A program made the position numbers and the translations under genes. A DNA stretch of 64,000 bases from Bacilli bacterium (lineage in GTDB: Bacteria > Bacillota_I > Bacilli_A > RFN20 > CAG-826): the NCBI GenBank assembly GCA_045600585.1, contig JAZRYE010000032.1:12351-76350 (forward strand), read 5' to 3'. Below are positions 19,761 through 29,346 of this stretch, piece after piece. A model generated the notes under the pieces. The model worked only from the letters and a program-made list of their open reading frames with translations. It was not told the DNA's origin and did not search any database. The stretch's first letter is position 1. Each line of letters starts with the position of its first letter.

Positions 19761-19845
19761 GCGCGAGTGGCGGAACTGGTAGACGCGTACGTTTGAGGGG
19801 CGTATAGGGTATCCTATGTGAGTTCGATTCTCATCCCGCGCACCA
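19761..19845 (+). tRNA. tRNA-Leu (anticodon GAG), type II
   Basis: Cloverleaf GCGCGAG...CCCGCGC-A-CCA. Anticodon loop UUGAGGG. Long variable arm. T-loop TTCGATT. Confidence 0.9.
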
Positions 19846-19972
19846 TTAAGTTCAAATGAGGTATATCCTCTTTGATAAAGTGTAACTCCCAAACATTTGT
19901 TGATTACACAAATATAAGCATTCCTAAAGCTAAGGCTTTCTGGTTGGGACCTGTGTTTGCTTATAGAAATTA

Positions 19973-19993
19973 CTCCGAAAAGGAGTTTTTTTA
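19973..19993 (+). terminator. terminator downstream of tRNA-Leu
   Basis: CTCC-GAAAA-GGAG followed by TTTTTTT. Confidence 0.55.
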
Positions 19994-20035
19994 TTACAAA
20001 AAAGTGGCGTGTTAATAACGCCACCCAACATTTAT

Positions 20036-20374
20036 TTATTCAATGTTGTATTTATCCAATAACAATTTGTCGATTTGTTGTCTATCTTCTTCGCTTAATT
20101 TCCAATTAGGGATAGGTTTAGTAAATTTACCTAATGGTTTATCTTTAACTAAATCAACACTCATGAAGCAATCAGCGTCGTCGTTTGGATTAGGATTAAC
20201 AATCTTTATAAATTTGTTTGGTCTTGATAAGACATATTCAATTGAATGGGTAAGATTGAATCCTGATAATAGAGTTCTGCCATTCTCATCAATTGTTTCT
20301 TTAACAACGACTATGAGAAATGGATGATATTTAGCAACTCTATATCTTCTAAAATGATAATTGCACTTTTCCAT
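20036..20374 (-). CDS. hypothetical protein (113 aa from MEKCNY start)
   Basis: ORF with AGGAG RBS 8 nt upstream of ATG at 20374. The ORF track's longer N-terminus overlaps a leader hairpin. No recognisable family. Terminator GTGGCGTGTTAATAACGCCAC at 20004-20024. Confidence 0.5.
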   Translation of the reverse strand: MEKCNYHFRRYRVAKYHPFLIVVVKETIDENGRTLLSGFNLTHSIEYVLSRPNKFIKIVNPNPNDDADCFMSVDLVKDKPLGKFTKPIPNWKLSEEDRQQIDKLLLDKYNIE

Positions 20375-20434
20375 TGCTTTTCTCCTTTCTGGTGTTTTTA
20401 AAGGAGAAACAAAAAGCCGCCCCACATAAAACAC

Positions 20435-20745
20435 CTATTTTTGTAACTAACTGCTAGCATCCCTGCTAACCATAGTTACTGGTGTTTCATCTTCCGTGAG
20501 ATGGCCACATATTCAAATACTAACGTATTTGTGTGGAGCGCGGTGATCCTCTTGATAATATGAGCGTCTGCTTACGCGACCCCTTCTCATAAAACCTCAT
20601 ATCACTACTGGGCGATACTTTCCACATTAGTAGATCCTAACACTAAGCAATATAACCGGTGGTCCATATTTTTCGGTTGTTGTATTACTTAGATACACAT
20701 TTTGCCAACGATAATGTCATTCCCGTGGGTCGTCTATATTACTAT
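20435..20745. other. GC-rich (about 45% versus about 30% flanks) structured non-coding segment; candidate ncRNA or long cis-regulatory leader
   Basis: No ORF of 60 aa or more on either strand. Multiple stable helices on the minus-strand RNA: GAUAUGAG/CUCAUAU, GCGU-AAGCAG-ACGC, and GGUGUUUUA...UAAAAACACC abutting the RBS. Class not recognised (not RNase P, tmRNA or T-box by eye). Confidence 0.35.
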
Positions 20746-20780
20746 AAATAGTATAGCATATTTGATTAATCAAATATACA

Positions 20781-21680
20781 TTATTCTAAATAATTTTTAA
20801 TATCTACTCCTGCTTCTTTTAAACGTTTGTCGCATTCTCTATAGTATTTACGGTATATCTTGTAGATACCTTTTTCTTTTCCATTAATATATGGGAACTC
20901 TATATTTTCATCTTTAATTAAATTTTCAACGTGATATGAGCCATTAACTTTCCAACCCCAGTTAAATATACCTGGTTTAATCGCAGACTTAGGGCAATTA
21001 AAAGAGCACGATACACACAAAACACATTTCGTGCCAAATTTGTATTTATCACCAACTTTTGTAATATTTCCTGTTGGGCAATTGTTTATGCAAGCATTAC
21101 AACCAATACATTTTTTATAATCAACTTTAAATGCTTTACCATGAATATGTGCGAAAGGTTGTTCAATTCTTACAATAGGCGCATACCACTTTTTATATAC
21201 TGGCTGTCTGACTTTATATCTTTTTCCATGTTTAATTTCTTCACAGTTAATATGGGATAATGCTTTTGCATAGACCCACATTTGTTTTGCCATTGGATCA
21301 ACATGTCGATAAATCATGTTATAAGGCATAACTATATGTCTTTCAATACAGACATCAAACCCTTTCTTTTTGATAATTCGAATAAGCTTTTGAGAAGAAC
21401 AATCGTTTAAATGTAATCCTTCTCCACTTGTTTTAGCGATGTATGTAGGTAATTTATCTACGTTAGGCAGCTTTTTAGCGAATTTAAGCACGATTTCTGG
21501 TGCATTAAAGCCGTGAATCGGGTAAGAGAAAATAACACGCTCAAAATCGTTAGGATTAGGGATTTCTTTATTATCTTCTCTTATGAGATGAATTGTCGTA
21601 TCACCTAATTCTTCTTGATATAGTTTTGAAACGCGTAATGAGTTACCAGTACCTGTAAAACAATAGATAATCGTTTTCAT
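20781..21680 (-). CDS. flavodoxin-like domain / 4Fe-4S dicluster ferredoxin-domain protein
   Basis: N-terminal MKTIIYCFTGTGNS flavodoxin-like fold. C-terminal CIGCNACINNCP and CVLCVSCSFNCP cluster motifs. Confidence 0.65.
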   Translation of the reverse strand: MKTIIYCFTGTGNSLRVSKLYQEELGDTTIHLIREDNKEIPNPNDFERVIFSYPIHGFNAPEIVLKFAKKLPNVDKLPTYIAKTSGEGLHLNDCSSQKLIRIIKKKGFDVCIERHIVMPYNMIYRHVDPMAKQMWVYAKALSHINCEEIKHGKRYKVRQPVYKKWYAPIVRIEQPFAHIHGKAFKVDYKKCIGCNACINNCPTGNITKVGDKYKFGTKCVLCVSCSFNCPKSAIKPGIFNWGWKVNGSYHVENLIKDENIEFPYINGKEKGIYKIYRKYYRECDKRLKEAGVDIKNYLE

Positions 21681-23254
21681 TATTTATATTCAATAAAGTC
21701 CTCATCTTCATTAGGAAGAGGATAGACATCATTCTCTTCTTCTTTAGTGTGGGTATCATAATAAATTTGGGCAAAGAAAGGTGAATTCTTTGCTAATTTA
21801 CCATATGCCCATGGGCTTGGTTCTGCACATATTGGGCACCAGTAGCCACCACGAAGAATAGCAAATATGCTTGCTTCAAATTCGTGTCCTTCATAGCATA
21901 CCCACTTACTTTTTGTTCTTATATCACCTGGCTTATAGTCTTTTGCTAAGCAATGACCACCTCTAAAGATTGCGGCGTTTTCTAAATCTTCATATGTGAG
22001 TTCTTCTAACTTCTTAGTTCTATCATAGCCATGATCGAGCAATAATCCGTGTTCAACTGGATAATTATTTTCTTTCATTGAAGCATAGTCGCATTCACTT
22101 CCATCAGGTAATTTTCCTTCGGAAAGTAAATATGTATTACTCCAGTCTTCTTTGATGGAGTTATATGCGTCTTTTCCTCCGTAGAATGCTTTGACTCTAC
22201 CTTCTTTATTATGTTCAATCCAATACATTGGAGCATTAGTATTCTTTCTATATAATTTCTTGAAAGCAAAATAAGATATGACCTTAGGAGGAACGATTTT
22301 GCCTAAAGAGAAATACCAATATCTTTTTGCCATTCTATTCCAATATGCATCAAATGATTCTCTTCTAAAATCTAACCAATCATTTAGTTCATCACTATCG
22401 AGATACCACATTGCATGGAAATTTCTTGGGATATTCCAATTTGGTTTAAAGAATGTTTTAGCGTTTCTTCCAAGTTGAGAAAAACCTCTATCGAATGTTT
22501 CATATCCTGTAGCTTTACAAGATTTGCCGCCTCCAATGTTATAAATATTGTTCCAGAAGCCATTTAATTTATTTTCTAAATCTTTTTCTACTAAATGTTC
22601 AATCATAAGACCACTATCGCGATCAGTAACCCATTCAAGGCAGCAGTTCCAAGAAGTGTGGAACATAAGGCCATCTTTTAAATTATTAATGAACATGTAT
22701 TTATGTAAAATACCTGTTTGTCTTAAAGATATGAAGTTATTTAATCCACTTTCAATGACGCATCTTTCTGCTTTCATTTTGTACATGGAATAGTTGTCAT
22801 AATCGCTAGAAATAAGTGGATCGCCAACAGAACCATAGAAATGTGGATAACTTCTATTACCATATAAAGCAACGGTAGCTATATTAACTAATTTAATTGT
22901 GTTTCCTAATTCCAAGATTGCTTTAACGATATTTTCTGTACCAACTTGATTGGATAATCTTGTTTGTTCTTTATGATGATCACTTTTTGGAGGAATCATA
23001 GCAGCACAGTGGATACAGTATTTGCTATCCTTTAATAATTTCAAACAATCTTCATAGTTAGAGATATCACCTGAAAACATCTCAATTCTATCTTTATATT
23101 TTCTTAATGTTTGCTTTAATTCCTTAGGAATTCTTTTTTCTTTATTAAATCTTATAGCGCGTACTTTAAATTTATAGGAAGAAGACATTAAATGAGAAAT
23201 GACTTCTAATCCCATCGCGCCGGTAATGCCTGTTAAAGCAATTAGTTCATTCAT
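21680..23254 (-). CDS. extended SDR / NAD-dependent epimerase-dehydratase-like protein with roughly 280-aa C-terminal domain of unknown function
   Basis: Rossmann fold TGITGAMG. YxxK in SMYKMK. Start set at MNELIAL, which has an AAGGAAAA RBS. The stop overlaps the downstream start by 1 nt. Confidence 0.6.
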   Translation of the reverse strand: MNELIALTGITGAMGLEVISHLMSSSYKFKVRAIRFNKEKRIPKELKQTLRKYKDRIEMFSGDISNYEDCLKLLKDSKYCIHCAAMIPPKSDHHKEQTRLSNQVGTENIVKAILELGNTIKLVNIATVALYGNRSYPHFYGSVGDPLISSDYDNYSMYKMKAERCVIESGLNNFISLRQTGILHKYMFINNLKDGLMFHTSWNCCLEWVTDRDSGLMIEHLVEKDLENKLNGFWNNIYNIGGGKSCKATGYETFDRGFSQLGRNAKTFFKPNWNIPRNFHAMWYLDSDELNDWLDFRRESFDAYWNRMAKRYWYFSLGKIVPPKVISYFAFKKLYRKNTNAPMYWIEHNKEGRVKAFYGGKDAYNSIKEDWSNTYLLSEGKLPDGSECDYASMKENNYPVEHGLLLDHGYDRTKKLEELTYEDLENAAIFRGGHCLAKDYKPGDIRTKSKWVCYEGHEFEASIFAILRGGYWCPICAEPSPWAYGKLAKNSPFFAQIYYDTHTKEEENDVYPLPNEDEDFIEYK

Positions 23255-23386
23255 AATTATTTTCCTTATATATTTGATTATATCAAATGGGTATATTGAC
23301 ATAAACAAAATTAATGTGACACATAAATTGTATTAGTAATAGTATTTCTTTACAACTTATATAATAGTAGATATTATACAAATCAG

Positions 23387-24313
23387 GTGAGCAATATGAT
23401 TAAACTATTATGTGATACAGCTAGTGACTTTACCTTAAAAGAAGCAAAAGAACTAGGCATTGAATTAACTCCAATGACTGTAACTTTTGGTGAAAAACAA
23501 TACAAAGATGTATTCGAGCTTTCTAATGAAGAATTTTTTAAGATGCTTGTAGAAGGTAAAGAATTTCCTCATACATCACAAATTCCACCATTCCAATTCC
23601 AAGAAAAATTTGAAGAATTAACAAAGGATGGGGATGAAGTAATTTGTATCACAATGTCTAGTAAACTATCAGGAACATATCAAAGTGCTTGTTTAGCGGC
23701 AAATGATTTCCCAGGAGTAAGAGTTGTTGATAGTTTAAATGTAACTGTTGGAGAAAAAATCTTAGCGTTATATGCTTTAAGACTTATCAAAGAAGAAAAA
23801 TCACTTGATGATATTGTAACAACATTAGATAAAGCCACGATGGATATATCCCAAGTCGCATTATTAGATACTTTTGAATATTTGAAAAAAGGTGGAAGAA
23901 TTCCTGCCGCGGTTGCATATATCGGTAATGCTTTGCATTTGAAGCCAGCAATCGAGATTAGAGATGGTATCGTTAATTTCTTAGGTATTGCTCGTGGTAG
24001 TAAAAACGGACACAACAAAATCAGAGAAAAAGTTGCAGAATATGGAGGCATTGATTACTCATTACCTGTATCAGTTGCATATTCTGGATCATCAGATGAA
24101 TTAATTGAAAAATATATTAATGACTCTCCTGACTTATATGAAGATAGAAGCCTTCTTCATAAAACATTAATTGGTTCAACAATTGGAACACATATTGGTC
24201 CAGGAGCTATTTCCATCGCATTCTTTAAAAAGAAAGATGAGAAAATTAAGGGTAAGAAAGTCAAAGACAGCATCTTTAACAAAAAGTCAAAAGAAGAAAA
24301 GAAAAAGAAATAG
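23387..24313 (+). CDS. DegV-family fatty-acid-binding protein with Lys-rich C-terminal tail
   Basis: DegV N-terminus MIKLLCDTASDF...ELGIELTP and a KKKDEKIKGKKVK...KEEKKKK tail. Confidence 0.8.
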   Translation: MSNMIKLLCDTASDFTLKEAKELGIELTPMTVTFGEKQYKDVFELSNEEFFKMLVEGKEFPHTSQIPPFQFQEKFEELTKDGDEVICITMSSKLSGTYQSACLAANDFPGVRVVDSLNVTVGEKILALYALRLIKEEKSLDDIVTTLDKATMDISQVALLDTFEYLKKGGRIPAAVAYIGNALHLKPAIEIRDGIVNFLGIARGSKNGHNKIREKVAEYGGIDYSLPVSVAYSGSSDELIEKYINDSPDLYEDRSLLHKTLIGSTIGTHIGPGAISIAFFKKKDEKIKGKKVKDSIFNKKSKEEKKKK

Positions 24314-24373
24314 GCAATACTGCCTATTTTTTTTAAAAAAACAACAGATTACTCTATTGCTTTTTTATTTAAA

Positions 24374-26083
24374 TTAGAATTCTTCAACGTCAAATCCTTT
24401 AAGAATTTTAATTAAAGGAGCGACATTTTTATGAACATTTCCTTCTTCGAAAGGATTTCTTAATTTGTTCATTGCAAGAAGTTCTGTAAACGGAGCCTTA
24501 CCACCACACTTACAAAGTTTGATGTACTTCTTCCATGTTTTTTCATGGTTCTTTTGATCTTCAATTAAGAATTGGAAGGCAACTACTTGAGCTAATGTGT
24601 AATCAATGTAATAGAATGGGCTTCCAAAGACATGAGATTGTCTTAACCAAGTTGTACCTTTGTTTAAAGTTGGGCAATCATCAAATTTCTTATGTGGAGT
24701 ATATCTAGTTTCAATTTCTTTGAATTTTGTACATCTTTCTTCATGAGTTGCTTCTGGATGTTCGTATACCCAATGTTGGAATTCATCAATGGTAATGCCA
24801 TAAGGTAAGAATTCAATAGCATCACATAAATGTGAGTATTTAGCTTTTTCAGCATCTTTGCCAAAGAATCCTTCCATATAAGGCCACGCTAAGAATTCCA
24901 TAGACATCGAATGAATTTCACAAGCTTCTAGTGTTGGAGATTGATATTCTGGGACTTTAATATTTCTAGAAAGATATGCTTGGAAAGCATGTCCACCTTC
25001 ATGAGTTAAAACATTAACATCACCTTCAGTGCCATTGAAGTTAGAGAAAATAAATGGAGCCTTATATGTTGGGAAATAAGTACAATATCCACCTGGGGAT
25101 TTGCCTTTTCTTGCTTCGAGATCCATCAAATGATGATTTTGCATGAATTCAAAGAATACTTGAGATTCGTTTCCTAAAGCAGAATACATTTTATGAGCTT
25201 GTTCAACTAAATATTTTGCATCGCCTGCAGGCATAGCGTTGCCGCTTGCAAACATTAAATTATAGTCATATGTTTGAGGCTTCTTAATTCCTAAAGCCTT
25301 CATTTGCTTTTTGTATAATTTTTGTGCAACTGGGACTACTTCTTTAGCAATTTGTGCTCTATAACCTTGGCAATCTAAAGCATTATAGTCAGTTCTACCT
25401 AAACGTAAATAGCCAAGTTCAACGAAGTTTTCAAAACCAAGTTTTTTAGCCATTTCTGTTCTAAGTTTTACTAACTTATCATAGATGCCACCAATTTTTT
25501 CTTCGTGTTCGCCAAGCCATTTATCCATTGTGATAGCAGCTTCTTTTCTTGTTGCTCTATCTGCATCTTGCATATATTTTCCAAGTTGAGAAAGATTGAG
25601 TTTTTCTCCTCTAAAATCAACTTGAGCAGAGCCTAAAACAGATTCATATTCAGAGACAAGTTTATTTTCTTCAATACATTCGTTAAGGATTTTATCATCG
25701 AATGATTTTAAAGAATTGTCATACATCTTAAAGAGATATTTGCCAAATTCTTTTTCTAATTCTTCACGATAGCTAGCCTTTGTTAAGATTTTTGCAAATT
25801 GAGTGCTATAAGAAGAGATGATTGGTGATAATTCATCACATCTTTCTTGTGCTTTTTTATATGTTGGATTTTGAGTATCACATGAATATCTAACAAAGAT
25901 AATAGACATATCATTTGTTAATTGAGATGTGAATTTATTCCAATGTTTAATAGTAGCTTTTGCTTCTTGAGCATTGCTGCAATTATTTAATTCTTGAATC
26001 AACGATTCAAATTTCTTTCTTAAACGCTTTTCAGTAGGGACGTTAAGAGGATATTCTTCAAATTTGAGATCTAATTCTTTCAT
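24374..26083 (-). CDS. pepF: oligoendopeptidase F (M3B peptidase)
   Basis: Zinc motif HEGGH within VLTHEGGHAFQ. About 570 aa. Confidence 0.85.
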   Translation of the reverse strand: MKELDLKFEEYPLNVPTEKRLRKKFESLIQELNNCSNAQEAKATIKHWNKFTSQLTNDMSIIFVRYSCDTQNPTYKKAQERCDELSPIISSYSTQFAKILTKASYREELEKEFGKYLFKMYDNSLKSFDDKILNECIEENKLVSEYESVLGSAQVDFRGEKLNLSQLGKYMQDADRATRKEAAITMDKWLGEHEEKIGGIYDKLVKLRTEMAKKLGFENFVELGYLRLGRTDYNALDCQGYRAQIAKEVVPVAQKLYKKQMKALGIKKPQTYDYNLMFASGNAMPAGDAKYLVEQAHKMYSALGNESQVFFEFMQNHHLMDLEARKGKSPGGYCTYFPTYKAPFIFSNFNGTEGDVNVLTHEGGHAFQAYLSRNIKVPEYQSPTLEACEIHSMSMEFLAWPYMEGFFGKDAEKAKYSHLCDAIEFLPYGITIDEFQHWVYEHPEATHEERCTKFKEIETRYTPHKKFDDCPTLNKGTTWLRQSHVFGSPFYYIDYTLAQVVAFQFLIEDQKNHEKTWKKYIKLCKCGGKAPFTELLAMNKLRNPFEEGNVHKNVAPLIKILKGFDVEEF

Positions 26084-26101
26084 TTGAAACTCCTTTCTAA
26101 A

Positions 26102-27706
26102 TTATTCGTGGATAATTAATGAATCTTCTGTCATTTCAGCTGGCTTTTTAGCACCTAATAATTCGATGATTGTAGGAGCAATGTTAGCAAGCTTTCCGCC
26201 TTCTTGAACTAACTTGATATCTGTTCTATTAATGCACAATGGAACAAGGTTAGTTGTATGAGCAGTGAATGGTTTACCATTCTTATCTAAAATTTCTTCA
26301 GCGTTGCCGTGGTCTGCTGTAACGATTAATGTAGCTCCATTAGCGTTACACCAATCGATAATTTTGCCCACACAAGCATCAACTGTTTCAACAGCTTTAA
26401 CGCATGCTTTTTCAACAGCGGTATGACCAACCATATCGCAGTTAGCAAAGTTAAGAATGACAACATCTAAGTAGTCTTTTTCTAATTCTTTCATTAATGC
26501 ATCTAAAACAAGTGGAGCACTCATTTCAGGTTGTAAATCATAAGTTGCAACTTTTGGTGAGTTAATTAATACACGAGTACAATTCTTTAATTCAGGTCTT
26601 TCTTTACCATCAAAGTTCATTGTTGCATCGAAGAAGAATGTGACGTGAGCGTATTTTTCAGTTTCTGCAATTCTTAATTGTGTATAGCCATTATCTGCTA
26701 ACCAAGTACCTAAGATATTTGTCATCTTTGGTAATTCGAATGCAATTTCACCTTTAACTGATTCCGCATATTTCATTGTGCAGACATAATAGATTCCTTT
26801 TAATTTATGAGCAGGTTCATATGCTTTCCACATTGGTGTTCCATCAGCTTTAAGAGCAGGTGTCTTATAGAAATCAGGATTTGTGCATAATGTAGAGATT
26901 TGAATTGCTCTATCAGGACGATAGTTCATAAAGATAATTGCGTCATTATCTTGGATTCTGCCATCGCAATTTGCATTGAATTGTGGGATTAGGAATTCAT
27001 CGGAAGCTTCTTTTCCCATCTTTGGTAAATTTTCATATTGAGATTTGAAGTATTCATGGTAGTCTGTAAAGCTTTCTCCGTCATGGTCAACCATAACTCT
27101 ATAAGCAACATCAACTCTATCCATGTTCTTATCTCTATCCATGACCCAGTAACGACCACCGATATCTGCAATGTGACCAAAATTGAGTTCATCCATCTTT
27201 GCTTGGATCATATCGACATAAGAAGCACCAGCTTGTGGAGCAACATCTCTACCATCCATAAAGCAGTGAACAAATACATCGTTTAAGCCTTCGTTCTTAG
27301 CCATTTCGATCATTGCTAAGATATGACGAATGTGAGAGTGAACACCACCATCACTAGTTAAACCAAAAATGTGTAACTTGCTATTGTGTTCTTTTGCATA
27401 AGCAATAGCTTTCTTGTATTTTTCATTTTCGTAGAATGTACCATCTTTAATGGCTTTATTAATTAAAGTTAAGGATTGATAAACAATTCTTCCGGCACCA
27501 ATATTCATGTGGCCGACTTCAGAGTTACCCATTTGACCATCAGGCAATCCGACATATTCACCAGATGCGTTGATCTTAGTGAATGCATATTTGCTGAAAT
27601 AAGCATCTAAATTAGGTTTCTTTGCTTCATTAATAGCGTTGCCATTGTTATCTTCTCTGATACCATAGCCATCCATAATGCAAAGAATAATAGGTTTTTT
27701 ATTCAT
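26102..27706 (-). CDS. gpmI: 2,3-bisphosphoglycerate-independent phosphoglycerate mutase
   Basis: KKPIILCIMDGYG N-terminus and metal-binding DGGVHSH. Start set at MNKKP, which has a GGAGG RBS. Confidence 0.9.
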   Translation of the reverse strand: MNKKPIILCIMDGYGIREDNNGNAINEAKKPNLDAYFSKYAFTKINASGEYVGLPDGQMGNSEVGHMNIGAGRIVYQSLTLINKAIKDGTFYENEKYKKAIAYAKEHNSKLHIFGLTSDGGVHSHIRHILAMIEMAKNEGLNDVFVHCFMDGRDVAPQAGASYVDMIQAKMDELNFGHIADIGGRYWVMDRDKNMDRVDVAYRVMVDHDGESFTDYHEYFKSQYENLPKMGKEASDEFLIPQFNANCDGRIQDNDAIIFMNYRPDRAIQISTLCTNPDFYKTPALKADGTPMWKAYEPAHKLKGIYYVCTMKYAESVKGEIAFELPKMTNILGTWLADNGYTQLRIAETEKYAHVTFFFDATMNFDGKERPELKNCTRVLINSPKVATYDLQPEMSAPLVLDALMKELEKDYLDVVILNFANCDMVGHTAVEKACVKAVETVDACVGKIIDWCNANGATLIVTADHGNAEEILDKNGKPFTAHTTNLVPLCINRTDIKLVQEGGKLANIAPTIIELLGAKKPAEMTEDSLIIHE

Positions 27707-27736
27707 AGTTTGATCCTCCAAACGTCTTTTATCTTA

Positions 27737-27772
27737 ATAAAAAAAGAATCATCTAGCAAGTTAGATGATATC
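27737..27772 (-). terminator. terminator hairpin overlapping the lemA stop codon
   Basis: ATCATCTA-N6-TAGATGAT plus U-run on the minus-strand RNA. The gpmI RBS lies only about 25 nt downstream. Confidence 0.5.
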
Positions 27773-28288
27773 TTTTGTTTTAACTTTTAATAATAACCAG
27801 AGGAATCGCCATGGTAAGAATCTTATCCAATAGTTATAACCAATGATGTCAGCGTTATATATCGCCATATATTTTCTATAAATCTTATCTTGATCAACAA
27901 TGTTTCTTTTTGCTTGAACAAAATCTGGATTATCTTTTAGTTCAGGATGCATAGCAGCAATCTTAAGTCCTTCTTCTTTAAGATAGGTTAAAGTTTCTCT
28001 AGCTTTTGCACACTCTGGTCTACTTTGTCCAACCAAATCTTGTATATTGATATCGTTCAATATTTCATAATATCTATTATCTACATCAATTCCAGCCTTT
28101 TTTATAGCCTTGAACATAAACTTGATATCTTCTAGTTTAGCAGCAAGAATAATGGCAAAACCTTTTTCATGCTTTTGTAGGCTATGTTTAAAGAAGGAAT
28201 AGAAGATTAAATTCATCACTAGAAGTAATAAATAAAACAAGAAACAAGCTGCGACGACAATAATAACAATTTTGACTGCTTCTGGCAT
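27761..28288 (-). CDS. lemA: LemA-family membrane-anchored protein
   Basis: N-terminal transmembrane segment and C-terminal YNADIIGYNYWIRFLPWRF LemA signature. Confidence 0.65.
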   Translation of the reverse strand: MPEAVKIVIIVVAACFLFYLLLLVMNLIFYSFFKHSLQKHEKGFAIILAAKLEDIKFMFKAIKKAGIDVDNRYYEILNDINIQDLVGQSRPECAKARETLTYLKEEGLKIAAMHPELKDNPDFVQAKRNIVDQDKIYRKYMAIYNADIIGYNYWIRFLPWRFLWLLLKVKTKDII

Positions 28289-28405
28289 ATTCTTCCTCCG
28301 TGTAGCGAGATTTTATCATATTTTATAAATAATGTTAACAATAGATGGTTTTGTAAAATTTGCTAATATTATCTTTTTGTGATAATATTTGTTTGAGGAT
28401 TTACT

Positions 28406-29266
28406 ATGGATGAATTATTAAACGAAGATAAACCTATTGTTGCTATCATGTATGACTTTGATAAAACACTTTCAAAAACTGATATGCAAAACTTTAAGTT
28501 CATTAATGATTTAGGAATGACTCCTGAAACTTTTTGGAACTTAACTTCCGAATTCACTAAAGAAACCAAGATTGATAAGATTCTTGCTTACATGTACATC
28601 ATGATTCGAGAAGCAAAGAAAAGAAATATTCCTATGACTCGTGAATATTTAAATTCTTGTGGAAAAGACATTGGTTTTTTCAGAGGAGTATTGACTTGGT
28701 TTAAAAGAATTAATGAATACGGAGAGAAAAAGGGCGTTAAGGTTGAACATTATCTCATTTCATCGGGTACAAAAGAGATGATTGAAGGATGTCCAATTTT
28801 TAAAGAATTTACCAAAGTATATGGATGTGAATTCTTGTTTGATGAAAACGGAGAAGCATTCTGGCCTAAAATGACAGTTAACTACACTCAAAAAACTCAA
28901 TTCTATTTCCGAATTCATAAAGGTGCAATTGATGAAACTGATGACTCAGCAGTCAACACTAAATACACAAAGAACAGAGTTCCATATAGAAACATGATCT
29001 ATATTGGAGATGGAATTACTGATGTTGCAGCAATGACATTAGTTACTCAAAACGGTGGTCATGCGATTGCGGTTTATTCAAATAAAGAAAACACTGAAAC
29101 CAGCAAAAAGATTTACGAAGAAGAAAGAGTTAAATTCATTGCTAAAGCAGATTACTCCGAAGGAAGTAAGTTGGATACTGTTGTGAAATTAATCATTGAT
29201 TCCGTTTCTATATCAAACCAATTAGATGAAGAAGAAAGAATACTCGCTGGTAAAATTAATAAATAG
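28406..29266 (+). CDS. HAD-superfamily hydrolase
   Basis: Motif I DFDKT and motif IV GDGITD. Confidence 0.7.
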   Translation: MDELLNEDKPIVAIMYDFDKTLSKTDMQNFKFINDLGMTPETFWNLTSEFTKETKIDKILAYMYIMIREAKKRNIPMTREYLNSCGKDIGFFRGVLTWFKRINEYGEKKGVKVEHYLISSGTKEMIEGCPIFKEFTKVYGCEFLFDENGEAFWPKMTVNYTQKTQFYFRIHKGAIDETDDSAVNTKYTKNRVPYRNMIYIGDGITDVAAMTLVTQNGGHAIAVYSNKENTETSKKIYEEERVKFIAKADYSEGSKLDTVVKLIIDSVSISNQLDEEERILAGKINK

Positions 29267-29346
29267 CAAAAACATAATATAGATAAAAGGTAGTCAATTT
29301 GGCTACCTTTTTGATTACGCGAGTGATACAATTTACGCATAGATAT

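Noticed and set aside
19719-20024. 101-aa minus-strand ORF
   Set aside because: It completely overlaps tRNA-Leu(GAG) and its downstream terminators.
20043-20327. 94-aa plus-strand ORF
   Set aside because: It is antisense to the better-supported minus-strand 113-aa gene, which has an RBS and a terminator. It has no RBS of its own.
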